A DNA stretch of 64,000 nucleotides from Macrostomum lignano (lineage: Eukaryota), in the NCBI GenBank assembly GCA_002269645.1, contig NIVC01000284.1:372001-436000 (forward strand). Reading direction: 5' to 3'. Shown piece after piece: positions 28,821 through 39,694 of the stretch (position 1 is its first letter; every line of letters starts with the position of its first letter). The position numbers and the translations under genes were made by a program. Below the pieces are notes generated by a model that was not told the origin of the DNA, did no database searches, and saw only the letters and a program-made list of their open reading frames with translations.

Positions 28821-30944
28821 TGTGACTTTGACTATAAATGAAAGTGTGTTTGGCAATCAGATCTCGCCTTCTCTCCTCGCTTCTCTCCTCTCTTCCCCGG
28901 TTTTGTCTTGTCTCCCGGCCGGTGGCCTAGCTGTTTCCCTTTGGTTCGCGCTTTGAGGCGCCTGAATTCATCACCCCCGGTCCATATCTTTGTTTCCGCC
29001 CAACCGCTTAGTCTTGTGGCGTAACGTCTACGGCAAATTTCTGTCTGAAGTCGTCGCTGTCAAGCGCGGTTAGATAGAGACTGTCGGATCTGATCAAGTA
29101 CGCGGCCTCGATCCCGAGGGCCTCAGTGTTACACTGAAGGGCAGTGCCGATAGAATTTAGTCGGTACTCCGTTGAACGGTCGATTCGGCAGGGCTCTCGT
29201 TTGAGTGTAGGTTCTGGCTTAGGCCAGGGGTTAGGAGTCTTTCTCCGTGGTCGTGTGTTCGGTGCCTCCTTCTCCTTCTTCTTCTTCAAGCTGAGATCCG
29301 CTTGTCAGTGCGTAATATAATCATTATTATTAATCGTTATTATTCGTTATCATCAGTCTAATTATCTGCGCCGCGAAATTGCTTGAATCCTGTAACTTGA
29401 ATAATCAAATTAAATCGTCTAGCCAATTATCAGTTGTATCACGTAGGATTATCACTCTCTAAATCTTTCGGTTTGTGTTCCCTCGTGTTCTTTATTTTCT
29501 TGTACTGTACCTGCGGCTATTGGAGAAAGACTGGTAGGACTCGCCGACCGGCGATAGGCGATTAGGATCAATAGCTTTAAAATCTCTGACGCTCCAAGTA
29601 GGTTTGTCTAGGGCCTAAATAATTGCTCACCGTGCATGCTATTTATCTAATTGCCTATTTATCACAGCTGCCATCAGCTCTGCGGGTCCAAGATTGCTCA
29701 AATCAGTTTTGAAATGTGTCTGAACCAACTGCACATTGATTTGAGCAATATTGGACCCGCTAATATCGGTAATGTGGAACCTGACTTGACGAAAAACTTA
29801 AAGTAGGGCAGCGATTGAGTAAAAGTACACGAAATCAGCCTTGTCCTGGTTCTGGTATTTTTTATTTTGATAAAAGCTTAACTGGAAACAGTTTAATGCA
29901 AAACTTACCGAAGCTAAAGCTAAATGTCCAGTAGAGTTTCTAAGCTGTAGGTCTAGCAAATATTCAATGATAATAATCAAAGTCACTTGATTTCAAAAAC
30001 AGCGAAGGCAGCACTGAGTGTGCAGCTTATTGCGAACATATGCGGGTAGCTTCGTCTAATGGGGAGGCTTGTCTGCCCTGAGCTTTTATCCTTGGCTTTA
30101 CCGTACAAGGTGAGAACAATAGCAAGTCGGATTGCTCATGCACTACAGGTGCCAGCGTTAAGCCACTGGAATCTGCTTGGTTGGGGTTCGGTGCATCGTA
30201 GGTAGCATCTTCTAAATTTTGAGCAGAGCTTCTTATTGAAACCTGTGCGTACCTCGTACAATATTAGGTTTCAGAGCCGCGGTCAAAACTCTAATTAAGG
30301 CCCGAAAACATATTTAAACTCCTTAAGCGGAGGGGTTGGTGGATTGAAGCACAATGCAACGGAATAACAAGATGGCGCGTGTAGGCAGCCACGGGCCTTA
30401 AAACACGCCCCCCTTGCGTGCTCGCAAGCTTCGGTAGAAACTGAAATAGCCTCCTCTGTCTCATTTTTCTATAAGAAAGGCTGCCTTGACACTGCACTGC
30501 ACTGCACTACACTGCACTGCACTGGCAGAAGCTGAGATCTTAAAGAAAGTTTCCTTACTTTTTCAAACGTAGAATTGGTAGAATTTCCGACGAAGTCAAT
30601 ATATAAAAGGCAACCAAAAGGTAAGAAGTTTAGACAATTGGGAAGCATGCAATCGTTGCGTGTGTTTGTTCATGCTAAAGAGTTCGCTTTAGCACACTAG
30701 AGAGAGAGGGAAAGAGAGAGAGAAAGAGAGAGAGAGAGAATTAAGTCTAGTTTCTAAATGCACGAACTCCCACTTCCTGACCTAAGGCCTGGGAACGAAA
30801 TTCAGTTATCACTGCCTGGTGCGGGCTCCTCTTCTTTGTTGGGCAGGTTCGTAGAGCTCGTTTCTTCAAATCTTCCTCCTCCGGAGTAGTCTTCTTGAGT
30901 TTTAAAATCGGCCAATTATGAGAGCATTTCAATTTAATCCGTCG

Positions 30945-31270
30945 ACGTCAATACATTCCTCGAGTGCGGAAATCAATATATTCCTCGAGTGCGGAAATCA
31001 ATACATTCCTCGAGTGCGGAAATCAATACATTCCTCGAGTGCGGAAATCAATACATTCCTCGAGTGCGGAAATCAATACATTCCTCGAGTGCGGAAATCA
31101 ATACATTCCTCGAGTGCGGAAATCAATACATTCCTCGAGTGCGGAAATCAATACATTCCTCGAGTGCGGAAATCAATACATTCCTCGAGTGCGGAACTCA
31201 ATATATTCCTCGAGTGCAGAACTCAATATATTCCTCGAGTGCAGAACTCAATATATTCCTCGAGTGCAGA
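30945..31270. repeat. 25-bp minisatellite (AAATCAATACATTCCTCGAGTGCGG)n, about 13 units
   Basis: Direct reading. Confidence 0.95.
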
Positions 31271-32146
31271 GATGCGCCCTGATAACAAAGTCAACTCTAT
31301 AACAATGACGAGGTCCTCCAGAAGGGGCGTCTTCTTCTAGAAATAACGGAATCGGGGTCGTGCGCTCCTATCGGGTACTTTAGGGTAATAAAATCAATCA
31401 ATCAATAATCGACTAAGAGTATCGGAATCGGTCCGCAGATCCTATCCAATCCCTCAGGAATAGGGAGGCCTCAAATTCAATAACTCGATAAAATCGACTG
31501 ATCAGTAACGGCCGGCAATAACACAGCTCTCAATAATTGAATAACAAAGACTCTGACAAAGGCCTACGAATTGGTATTTGTCTCCCTCAGAGATTTAGCC
31601 TTACTTGGCTGCTCTGGCTAAGCCCAAGATTTTTTAAGGCTGCTCCGAGCCTGAGGTTTCAGCTCGGATTTTTCGCTTTTTCGATTTATACACAATTTTA
31701 TTCGACTTTGAGCCCCAAACCGGTTTTATTGATAAAAATCAAGAAAAAGACTGTGTCCTTTGACCGGTGGGGTTTTGAATAGAAAAGGTTGAAACTTGGG
31801 TCGCATTTAAGTTAAAATTTACCATATTTGGAAACATAGGTTGAGAACCGGTTTTTCGAACTATGGAATGATCACTCGCTGTTTTTGTGATATTACAGGT
31901 ATTAATGAAAATAGAGTATGCCGCATGCTACTTTTAAATTTGCATTGTAATTTTATCTTACTACTTCTAGTAGGCTACCTTGTTTGGAGATCTCTACAAT
32001 AATGTGTTAATATACCCAATTATGATCCTCAATGCTGATCAGAATTGACATAATTTACAAGAATAATGAACAGTTGCGTGCGATCGTACTAGACGTGATG
32101 AGTCAATCCTATTTGAAACTTTTAACTACTTTATTATTGGTTTTGT

Positions 32147-32400
32147 CAGCCTAACTGAGAATAAAGCCATCCAATGTGAGAATCCTGCCTACGCTGACTG
32201 CGAAGGGCCTGGCTGCGTGCAGCCTTAGTCTATGGGCCATAGACAATAAAGGACAAGCAAAGTTTTAAAAGACCAATCGATTCTCACATTGGATGGCTTT
32301 TTATCACTTTGCTTGTCCTTTATTGTCTATGGCCCATAGACTAAGGCAGTCAGCGTAGGCAGGATTCTCATTTTGGGTGGCTTTATTCTCAGCTAGGCTG
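32147..32400. mobile_element. ~250-bp foldback palindrome (MITE/hairpin element)
   Basis: The left arm CAGCCTAACTGAGAATAAAGCC...CCTTAGTCTATGGGCCATAGACAATAAAGGACAAGCAAAGT pairs with the right arm ACTTTGCTTGTCCTTTATTGTCTATGGCCCATAGACTAAGG...GGCTTTATTCTCAGCTAGGCTG. Confidence 0.7.
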
Positions 32401-32896
32401 AAAAAAGCAATACTTAATTAGTTTCAATGCTACATTTACCTTCAAGTGCACAAGAGTTACAAGTTTTTGTCTATGTTAGCTACACCGAACGTTCAACCTT
32501 GACAGCAACCCATTAGCGAAAACGTGCCCCCTAGGGTTGTCACAGCTTTAAAGACGCCTTCTGCAAGGGAGAAATACGCTCGTAAATGTTAGATTATGCG
32601 AATTATCTCGAACGCACTTGTCGCCCCTAATTTAATCTAGAACACAAGGATTACACACTATAAATAGTTAATGTTGGGAGAGCCAGCTTATTTATAAACA
32701 TAATTCTTGAATAACATTCCGTACTGCATATATTTACCACTGACCTTTAACCTTCAGAACCTTTGCGAGTTAATCGACACAAAAATTATATTCGAATCGC
32801 TGGAGATTTGAAAGAGTAGCTTCGCAACTTCGAATACCTTCGCAACTACGCAAGGCCTCAAAATCTTTAAAATACTTCTGAAAATCTGAGCAAAAA

Positions 32897-35749
32897 ATGA
32901 GCAGCGATGAAGATGACGATACAAGATTGCTAGAATCATTCACGCAGCAACTAGAACGCATTGAAGACAGCAGTTTGAAAAATGAATTCTGTTTTGCGGC
33001 TATAAAATATCCGGCGATCCAAGGTCGCACAAAACTCGTTCAGTTAGTAGTAAACAAAATGGCTGGCCAGGATGCCCGGGATCAGTGCTGCTTACTGGCA
33101 GCAGAATTCGCTGCAGAAGCTTGTCAATGGGATGTGGTTGCAGTTCTAATAGACGAAGTAAATATACTAATTGCGTTGGCAATTAGAAATATGGTGATCT
33201 CAAAAATTTGGAACCAAAGTATGAAATATCAGTGCTGCAAGGAAGCTGCGGAATCTGCTGCAAGGATCGGGCAGTGGAAAATTGTAACCTTTCTCTTGGA
33301 CACAGTCGCTGGCCAAAGTTTGGGACCTCAGTGCTCAAAGGAAGCTAAATCTGCTGCATCGAGTGGTCATTTAGAAGTGGTGAAGTTTCTTGTGGGGACA
33401 GTCGCTGACCAAAGTGAGAGAGATCAGTGCTGCAAGGAAGCTGCGGAATCTGCTGCAATTTGTGATCATTTAGAAGTGGTGAAGTTTCTTGTGGAGACAG
33501 TCGCTGACCAAAGTGAGAGAGATCAGTGCTGCAAGGAAGCTGCAAAATATGCTGCATCGAGTGGTCATTTCGAAGTGGTGAAGTTTCTTGTGGAGACAGT
33601 CGCTGACCAAAGTGAGAGAGATCAGTGCTGCAAGGAAGCTGCGGAATCTGCTGCATCGAGTGATCATTTAGAAGTGGTGAAGTTTCTTGTGGAGACAGTC
33701 GCTGACCAAAGTGAGAGATCTCAGTGCTGCAAGGAAGCTGCGAAATCTGCTGCAAGGAATTGTCATTTAGAAGTGGTGAAGTTTCTTGTGGAGACAGTCG
33801 CTGACCAAAGTGAGAGAGATCAGTGCTGCAAGGAAGCTGCGAAATCTGCTGCATCGAGTGATCATTTAGAAGTGGTGAAGTTTCTTGTGGAGACAGTCGC
33901 TGACCAAAGTGAGAGAGATCAGTGCTGCAAGGAAGCTGCGGGATCTGCTGCATCGAGTGATCATTTAGAAGTGGTGAAGTTTCTTGTGGAGACAGTCGCT
34001 GACCAAAGTGAGAGATCTCAGTGCTGCAAGGAAGCTGCGAAATCTGCTGCAAGGAATTGTCATTTAGAAGTGGTGAAGTTTCTTGTGGAGACAGTCGCTG
34101 ACCAAAGTGAGAGAGATCAGTGCTGCAAGGAAGCTGCGGAATCTGCTGCAATTTGTGATCATTTAGAAGTGGTGAAGTTTCTTGTGGAGACAGTCGCTGA
34201 CCAAAGTGAGAGAGATCAGTGCTGCAAGGAAGCTGCAAAATATGCTGCATCGAGTGGTCATTTCGAAGTGGTGAAGTTTCTTGTGGAGACAGTCGCTGAC
34301 CAAAGTGAGAGAGATCAGTGCTGCAAGGAAGCTGCGGAATCTGCTGCATCGAGTGATCATTTAGAAGTGGTGAAGTTTCTTGTGGAGACAGTCGCTGACC
34401 AAAGTGAGAGAGATCAGTGCTGCAAGGAAGCTGCGGGATCTGCTGCATCGAGTGATCATTTAGAAGTGGTGAAGTTTCTTGTGGAGACAGTCGCTGACCA
34501 AAGTGAGAGATCTCAGTGCTGCAAGGAAGCTGCGAAATCTGCTGCAAGGAATTGTCATTTAGAAGTGGTGAAGTTTCTTGTGGAGACAGTCGCTGACCAA
34601 AGTGAGAGAGATCAGTGCTGCAAGGAAGCTGCGGAATCTGCTGCAATTTGTGATCATTTAGAAGTGGTGAAGTTTCTTGTGGAGACAGTCGCTGACCAAA
34701 GTGAGAGAGATCAGTGCTGCAAGGAAGCTGCAAAATATGCTGCATCGAGTGGTCATTTCGAAGTGGTGAAGTTTCTTGTGGAGACAGTCGCTGACCAAAG
34801 TGAGAGAGATCAGTGCTGCAAGGAAGCTGCGGAATCTGCTGCATCGAGTGATCATTTAGAAGTGGTGAAGTTTCTTGTGGAGACAGTCGCTGACCAAAGT
34901 GAGAGATCTCAGTGCTGCAAGGAAGCTGCGAAATCTGCTGCAAGGAATTGTCATTTAGAAGTGGTGAAGTTTCTTGTGGAGACAGTCGCTGACCAAAGTG
35001 AGAGAGATCAGTGCTGCAAGGAAGCTGCGGAATCTGCTGCATCGAGTGATCATTTAGAAGTGGTGAAGTTTCTTGTGGAGACAGTCGCTGACCAAAGTGA
35101 GAGATCTCAGTGCTGCAAGGAAGCTGCGAAATCTGCTGCAAGGAATTGTCATTTAGAAGTGGTGAAGTTTCTTGTGGAGACAGTCGCTGACCAAAGTGAG
35201 AGAGATCAGTGCTGCAAGGAAGCTGCGGAATCTGCTGCAATTTGTGATCATTTAGAAGTGGTGAAGTTTCTTGTGGAGACAGTCGCTGACCAAAGTGAGA
35301 GAGATCAGTGCTGCAAGGAAGCTGCAAAATATGCTGCATCGAGTGGTCATTTCGAAGTGGTGAAGTTTCTTGTGGAGACAGTCGCTGACCAAAGTGAGAG
35401 AGATCAGTGCTGCAAGGAAGCTGCGGAATCTGCTGCATCGAGTGATCATTTAGAAGTGGTGAAGTTTCTTGTGGAGACAGTCGCTGACCAAAGTGAGAGA
35501 TCTCAGTGCTGCAAGGAAGCTGCGAAATCTGCTGCAAGGAATTGTCATTTAGAAGTGGTGAAGTTTCTTGTGGAGACAGTCGCTGACCAAAGTGAGAGAG
35601 ATCAGTGCTGCAAGGAAGCTGCGAAATATGCTGCACAAAAAGGTCATTTAGAAGTGGTGAAGTTTCTTGTGGAGACAATCGCTGACCAAAGTGTGAGTAA
35701 ACAGTGCTACAGAGACGCGGAAGTCTTGCAGTGCCTACTGAAGACATAA
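32897..35749 (+). CDS. Ankyrin-like repeat protein, 950 aa, with 22 near-identical 33-aa (99-bp) repeats plus a terminal repeat
   Basis: Single ORF with a unique N-cap and C-cap. The unit DQCCKEAAxxAAxxxHLEVVKFLVETVADQSER matches the ankyrin core AAxxGHLEVVKxL. The array runs exactly 33422-35599 (22 x 99 nt). It is homologous to the repeat region of gene A. Confidence 0.82.
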   Translation: MSSDEDDDTRLLESFTQQLERIEDSSLKNEFCFAAIKYPAIQGRTKLVQLVVNKMAGQDARDQCCLLAAEFAAEACQWDVVAVLIDEVNILIALAIRNMVISKIWNQSMKYQCCKEAAESAARIGQWKIVTFLLDTVAGQSLGPQCSKEAKSAASSGHLEVVKFLVGTVADQSERDQCCKEAAESAAICDHLEVVKFLVETVADQSERDQCCKEAAKYAASSGHFEVVKFLVETVADQSERDQCCKEAAESAASSDHLEVVKFLVETVADQSERSQCCKEAAKSAARNCHLEVVKFLVETVADQSERDQCCKEAAKSAASSDHLEVVKFLVETVADQSERDQCCKEAAGSAASSDHLEVVKFLVETVADQSERSQCCKEAAKSAARNCHLEVVKFLVETVADQSERDQCCKEAAESAAICDHLEVVKFLVETVADQSERDQCCKEAAKYAASSGHFEVVKFLVETVADQSERDQCCKEAAESAASSDHLEVVKFLVETVADQSERDQCCKEAAGSAASSDHLEVVKFLVETVADQSERSQCCKEAAKSAARNCHLEVVKFLVETVADQSERDQCCKEAAESAAICDHLEVVKFLVETVADQSERDQCCKEAAKYAASSGHFEVVKFLVETVADQSERDQCCKEAAESAASSDHLEVVKFLVETVADQSERSQCCKEAAKSAARNCHLEVVKFLVETVADQSERDQCCKEAAESAASSDHLEVVKFLVETVADQSERSQCCKEAAKSAARNCHLEVVKFLVETVADQSERDQCCKEAAESAAICDHLEVVKFLVETVADQSERDQCCKEAAKYAASSGHFEVVKFLVETVADQSERDQCCKEAAESAASSDHLEVVKFLVETVADQSERSQCCKEAAKSAARNCHLEVVKFLVETVADQSERDQCCKEAAKYAAQKGHLEVVKFLVETIADQSVSKQCYRDAEVLQCLLKT

Positions 35750-36599
35750 TCTAGCCATTTGTGAGGCAGCTGTCAACGGACTTTAGACGTTTTTTTACTC
35801 TGAGTAACTAATCGTAGTTTCAATTATTTTCTTGAAGAGACCAGCTTAATGCTATAATTGCTTGCCTCGAGTTTCAAGCCATTAGAAGCAGAGCTTTAGC
35901 AGAATTGTAGGAGTATATCTGAAAGAAACAGTAAAATGGTTGATTTTTTAATTACAAAAGAGCTATGCTTAGCACGACAGGAATTTAGAAGCTTATTTCA
36001 GTAGCTACTGGTTTGCCTTTAAGAAAGAATCTCTGCGATTTAACTTAAGTTTAATTGAATTTATAACATACTTAACCGATTGCCCTGCTTTTGTTATTTT
36101 GTTTCTATCCACATTTGAATATTTTACTCTAGCTGCGTGAACTATATTGACTTGATGCACTATTTTGTCTGTCTGTCTGGCTGTTGTAAAATGTTGAATG
36201 TCCGAAAATCTGTCTGATAATGCTTATTCAACTTAAGTTTTTTAAATGAAAGATGTAGCAAGCTATGCTCGTATTTCTTGTTAAAATTCATAACTGTCAC
36301 GGCTTACATGTAAGCGTATGTGTACGCTTACATATTACATGCTTACATGTCGTATGTTTGTCTGTACTGAAAAGTAGTATGATTTTTTTACTTTTTACTA
36401 TTGATACTATTAATTAATTTTTTCGCCTTTCGCACAAAAGCTATTGTATAGTTATCGATTCTTAAAATGGAATACTACAATAATTAAGTTTGCTATCTGT
36501 AAAAGTATAATTACTTTAATTTTGACGGAATGTTATAATTTGAATAAAAATTTATTGTTTGTTTTGCCTAGATGTCGGCTGATGGAGAAATTACTGAGA

Positions 36600-36835
36600 T
36601 GTCAAGGATTAGAGGGGAATTGCTAAAATCTCAAGGCTTACAGGGGAATTGCTGAAATGTCAAGGCTTACGGGGGAATTGCTGAGATGTCAAGGCTTACA
36701 GGGGAATTGCTGAAATGTCAAGGATTACAGGGGAATTGCTGAAATGTCAAGGCTTACGGGAGAATTGCTGAGATGTCCAGGCTTACAGGGGAATTGCTGA
36801 GATGTCCAGGCTTACAGGGGAATTGCTGAGATGTC
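36600..36835. repeat. 29-bp minisatellite (GGGGAATTGCTGAAATGTCAAGGCTTACA)n
   Basis: About 8 tandem units. Confidence 0.9.
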
Positions 36836-36884
36836 AAAGCAGAGAGGTAAGAAGCCACATGTAGTTTATTCAAAAAATGTACCT

Positions 36885-37415
<531 letters not shown>

Positions 37416-37880
37416 TATTCATCTATTCGAGCGTATAAGCTTTAATATTAAAGATCGAATAAGTTTTTCCATGAAAGCAAAAGTAGTGGGTAGTATCCTT
37501 ATACAGTGCATAAAAATTTGCGTCCAGTTGAAAACGCCTGGCAGAGCTGCAAGTACATGTAGTGATATGATGGTACTGCAATGCAAAATCTTAGCTGTTG
37601 TAGTGGTAATTTTCATTAGTGCAGAAAAAAGCATCAATTTCAGTCCGCTCCTGACTGAAAGAGAACGGTGTCCTTTCAGTCCATTGACTGAGACAGTCTT
37701 GTCCAATTAGGTTACCAAAAGTGACTTGTTGTTGATGCTGCGATCATGATCTACACCATGAGCACAGGTGCAAGCTTTGTCGACTTCCTGCTGGCTGATG
37801 CAATTGGGTGCAATGCATTTTGTTTTTCATTTTCTTGTGTCTGTCACTGCATAAGCTAATAAATATGAATTTCATAAAGG

Positions 37881-38240
37881 GGGGCCGTAGCCCAGCGGTC
37901 TAGCGCAGGCTCTGGTGTGCCAGCGACCCAGGCTCGATTCCAAGTGCAGTCACATTAATTTGGGGCTGAATTGGAATCTCGGCTTGGCTCTGCTCGTGCA
38001 ATTAACGGCCTTGAGAGCCAACCCCCCCCCCAAGGCGCAGTGAAGTGTACATGCCTAACGATAAAATAAAGTTAGGGCCGCTGTACACTCCTGTGTGAGT
38101 GTGTGCCTGCGTACGTATCCGCGCGCTTGTATGCCTGCTCAGGGGAGTCGGCGGAATGGGCAGTAATGCCTCTCGCCGGTTGTGTGCCTATGTCGCCTTA
38201 AGTGCGCCAGGGTGCACACAACCCCCCTGGCTCTAAAAAA
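37881..38240 (+). mobile_element. tRNA-derived SINE
   Basis: The head GGGGCCGTAGCCCAGCGGTCTAGCGC...GGCTCGATTCC has Pol III A- and B-box-like motifs but no complete cloverleaf. The 3' end is uncertain. Confidence 0.55.
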
Positions 38241-38464
38241 ATGAATTTCATAAATTTGAGTGCGGTCTGAATAAGCAGAAATATATGTTTAATTCCATAA
38301 TTAATTCAAAGTACTCGAGTATAAAATTCTATGCACAAATACGAAACATATTTGTTTCAAAATCCGTTCCAAGTAAATCTGAGGAGCAACTTTCTTCTTT
38401 CAGTCGACGTCTCCAGGAGCTAAATGTTGAAGTTTAACATTTTTATCAACTGAAATGAGCACAA

Positions 38465-38545
38465 GTAGAGGCTGAGCAGCTCAGTATAAACGCATCTGAC
38501 TCGCGCCATGACCCCTGGTTCGATTCTTTGTGCTCCAGTTGTCGT
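38465..38545 (+). mobile_element. Degenerate tRNA-like SINE head
   Basis: B-box-like CCTGGTTCGATTC preceded by a weak A-box-like GAGCAGCTCAG. Confidence 0.35.
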
Positions 38546-39694
38546 GCGATTCACACTCACTAGTGCCAGCCCCAAAGCACAGAGAGTGTGACATGTCTGA
38601 AGATTAGAAAGTCAGGGCTGCTATCAGCGTTCAAATGCTGTTATGCCACCCCTGACTGACTGTGTAGGTCACGCGATAAAAGTGCGGCACAGCCACTGCC
38701 ACTCCCCGCAGCTCGTGATAAAACGGAGGAGTACAATGGAGGAGAGAGCTAAGACCTCTCATTCTTTCTTCCTGGAAAGCACAATACACTCGCGCATCGG
38801 TCCGAGGGAGATCACCGACCCTTACACTTGACCCGAGCTCGACAGTAGGCATGTGGCTGTAGCCCAATGCATTAACAGTAGGAATACCAAGCCATTTTTC
38901 GCCCGTCGAACTACCAAGAGGATGTCACCTGGTGTCATCTGTTGAAGGTGCCGACGGTGTCGGGGGATGACAGAATGCTTGAGATATTAGCTTAGGATGT
39001 CCAGCAGTTGAGACTTGCCCACTGTCGAGGCTTGATCAGCAAAACTACAGAAATTTCCATCAGGGTGTCCATAGTCACCTGGTGCCACCTGTTGAAGGTC
39101 CAGAAGCTCCGTCTGGGTGAAAACCAGTGACCAACGAAGACAGACCTGATGCAGTAACATGTGATAGAAGTGCTGATGAAATTTGGTGACTTAGCAAGGC
39201 TGCACTGAGGTGCAGTGCTGATTGGCTCACAGGGGTGTACTGGTTACACTAGCGCTTATGGGAAAATCCGACCTTCTGGCAGAATCGTCGAATATCTCGA
39301 CGGTCCGGAGGGCTGGAAAATTTATTCTTGTTTGAGAAGGTGCGCAACAAAAAGTTAGCATGTGTTTTTTAATTTTGTGTACCTGCATTGCTCCAATACG
39401 GCCCAGCAAAAATTGTCGGGGGGGGGAGGAATTCCCCCCTTTTAGTAGTTCCACTGTTAAAATAGGTATTTTAACCTATACCTATATCGAAGAGACAGGA
39501 AGCAGTGGATAAAATAACAAAAATATCCGCGCTATAGCCGCTGTACACCCTGTATGAGCAAGTGCATGAGTGCTGTGCCTGCGTACAGTATTGACGCTTG
39601 TTGTGGGATGATGTGGGACGATATAGAAAGAAATTGATGTTTCTCTTTAGTTTTAAGTCGAACTGTCCAATCTTCCTACTACATGTATAAGCAG

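Noticed and set aside
33158-33205. 48-nt insertion (VNILIALAIRNMVISK) breaking the 33-aa register, starting GTAAAT with a CTAAT branch-like motif
   Set aside because: It looks like an intron, but there is no AG at the register-preserving end (it ends TCAAAA), and the nearer AG gives only 29 nt and a frameshift. Left as an unresolved in-frame insert.
33345-35747. 800-aa antisense ORF over the ankyrin array
   Set aside because: It is a by-product of a stop-free 99-bp unit. It has no unique caps and no paralog support.
38640-39200. Possible retrotransposon endonuclease remnant
   Set aside because: Only vague motif similarity with multiple stops. Not supportable without a search.
39429-39438. 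Perfect NF-kB-like site (GGGGAATTCC on the minus strand) upstream of gene B, and near-matches in the 29-bp repeat at 36.6 kb
   Set aside because: A single 10-mer in a G/C-run context is expected by chance, the repeat version mismatches the consensus, and the presence of NF-kB in this organism is unknown.
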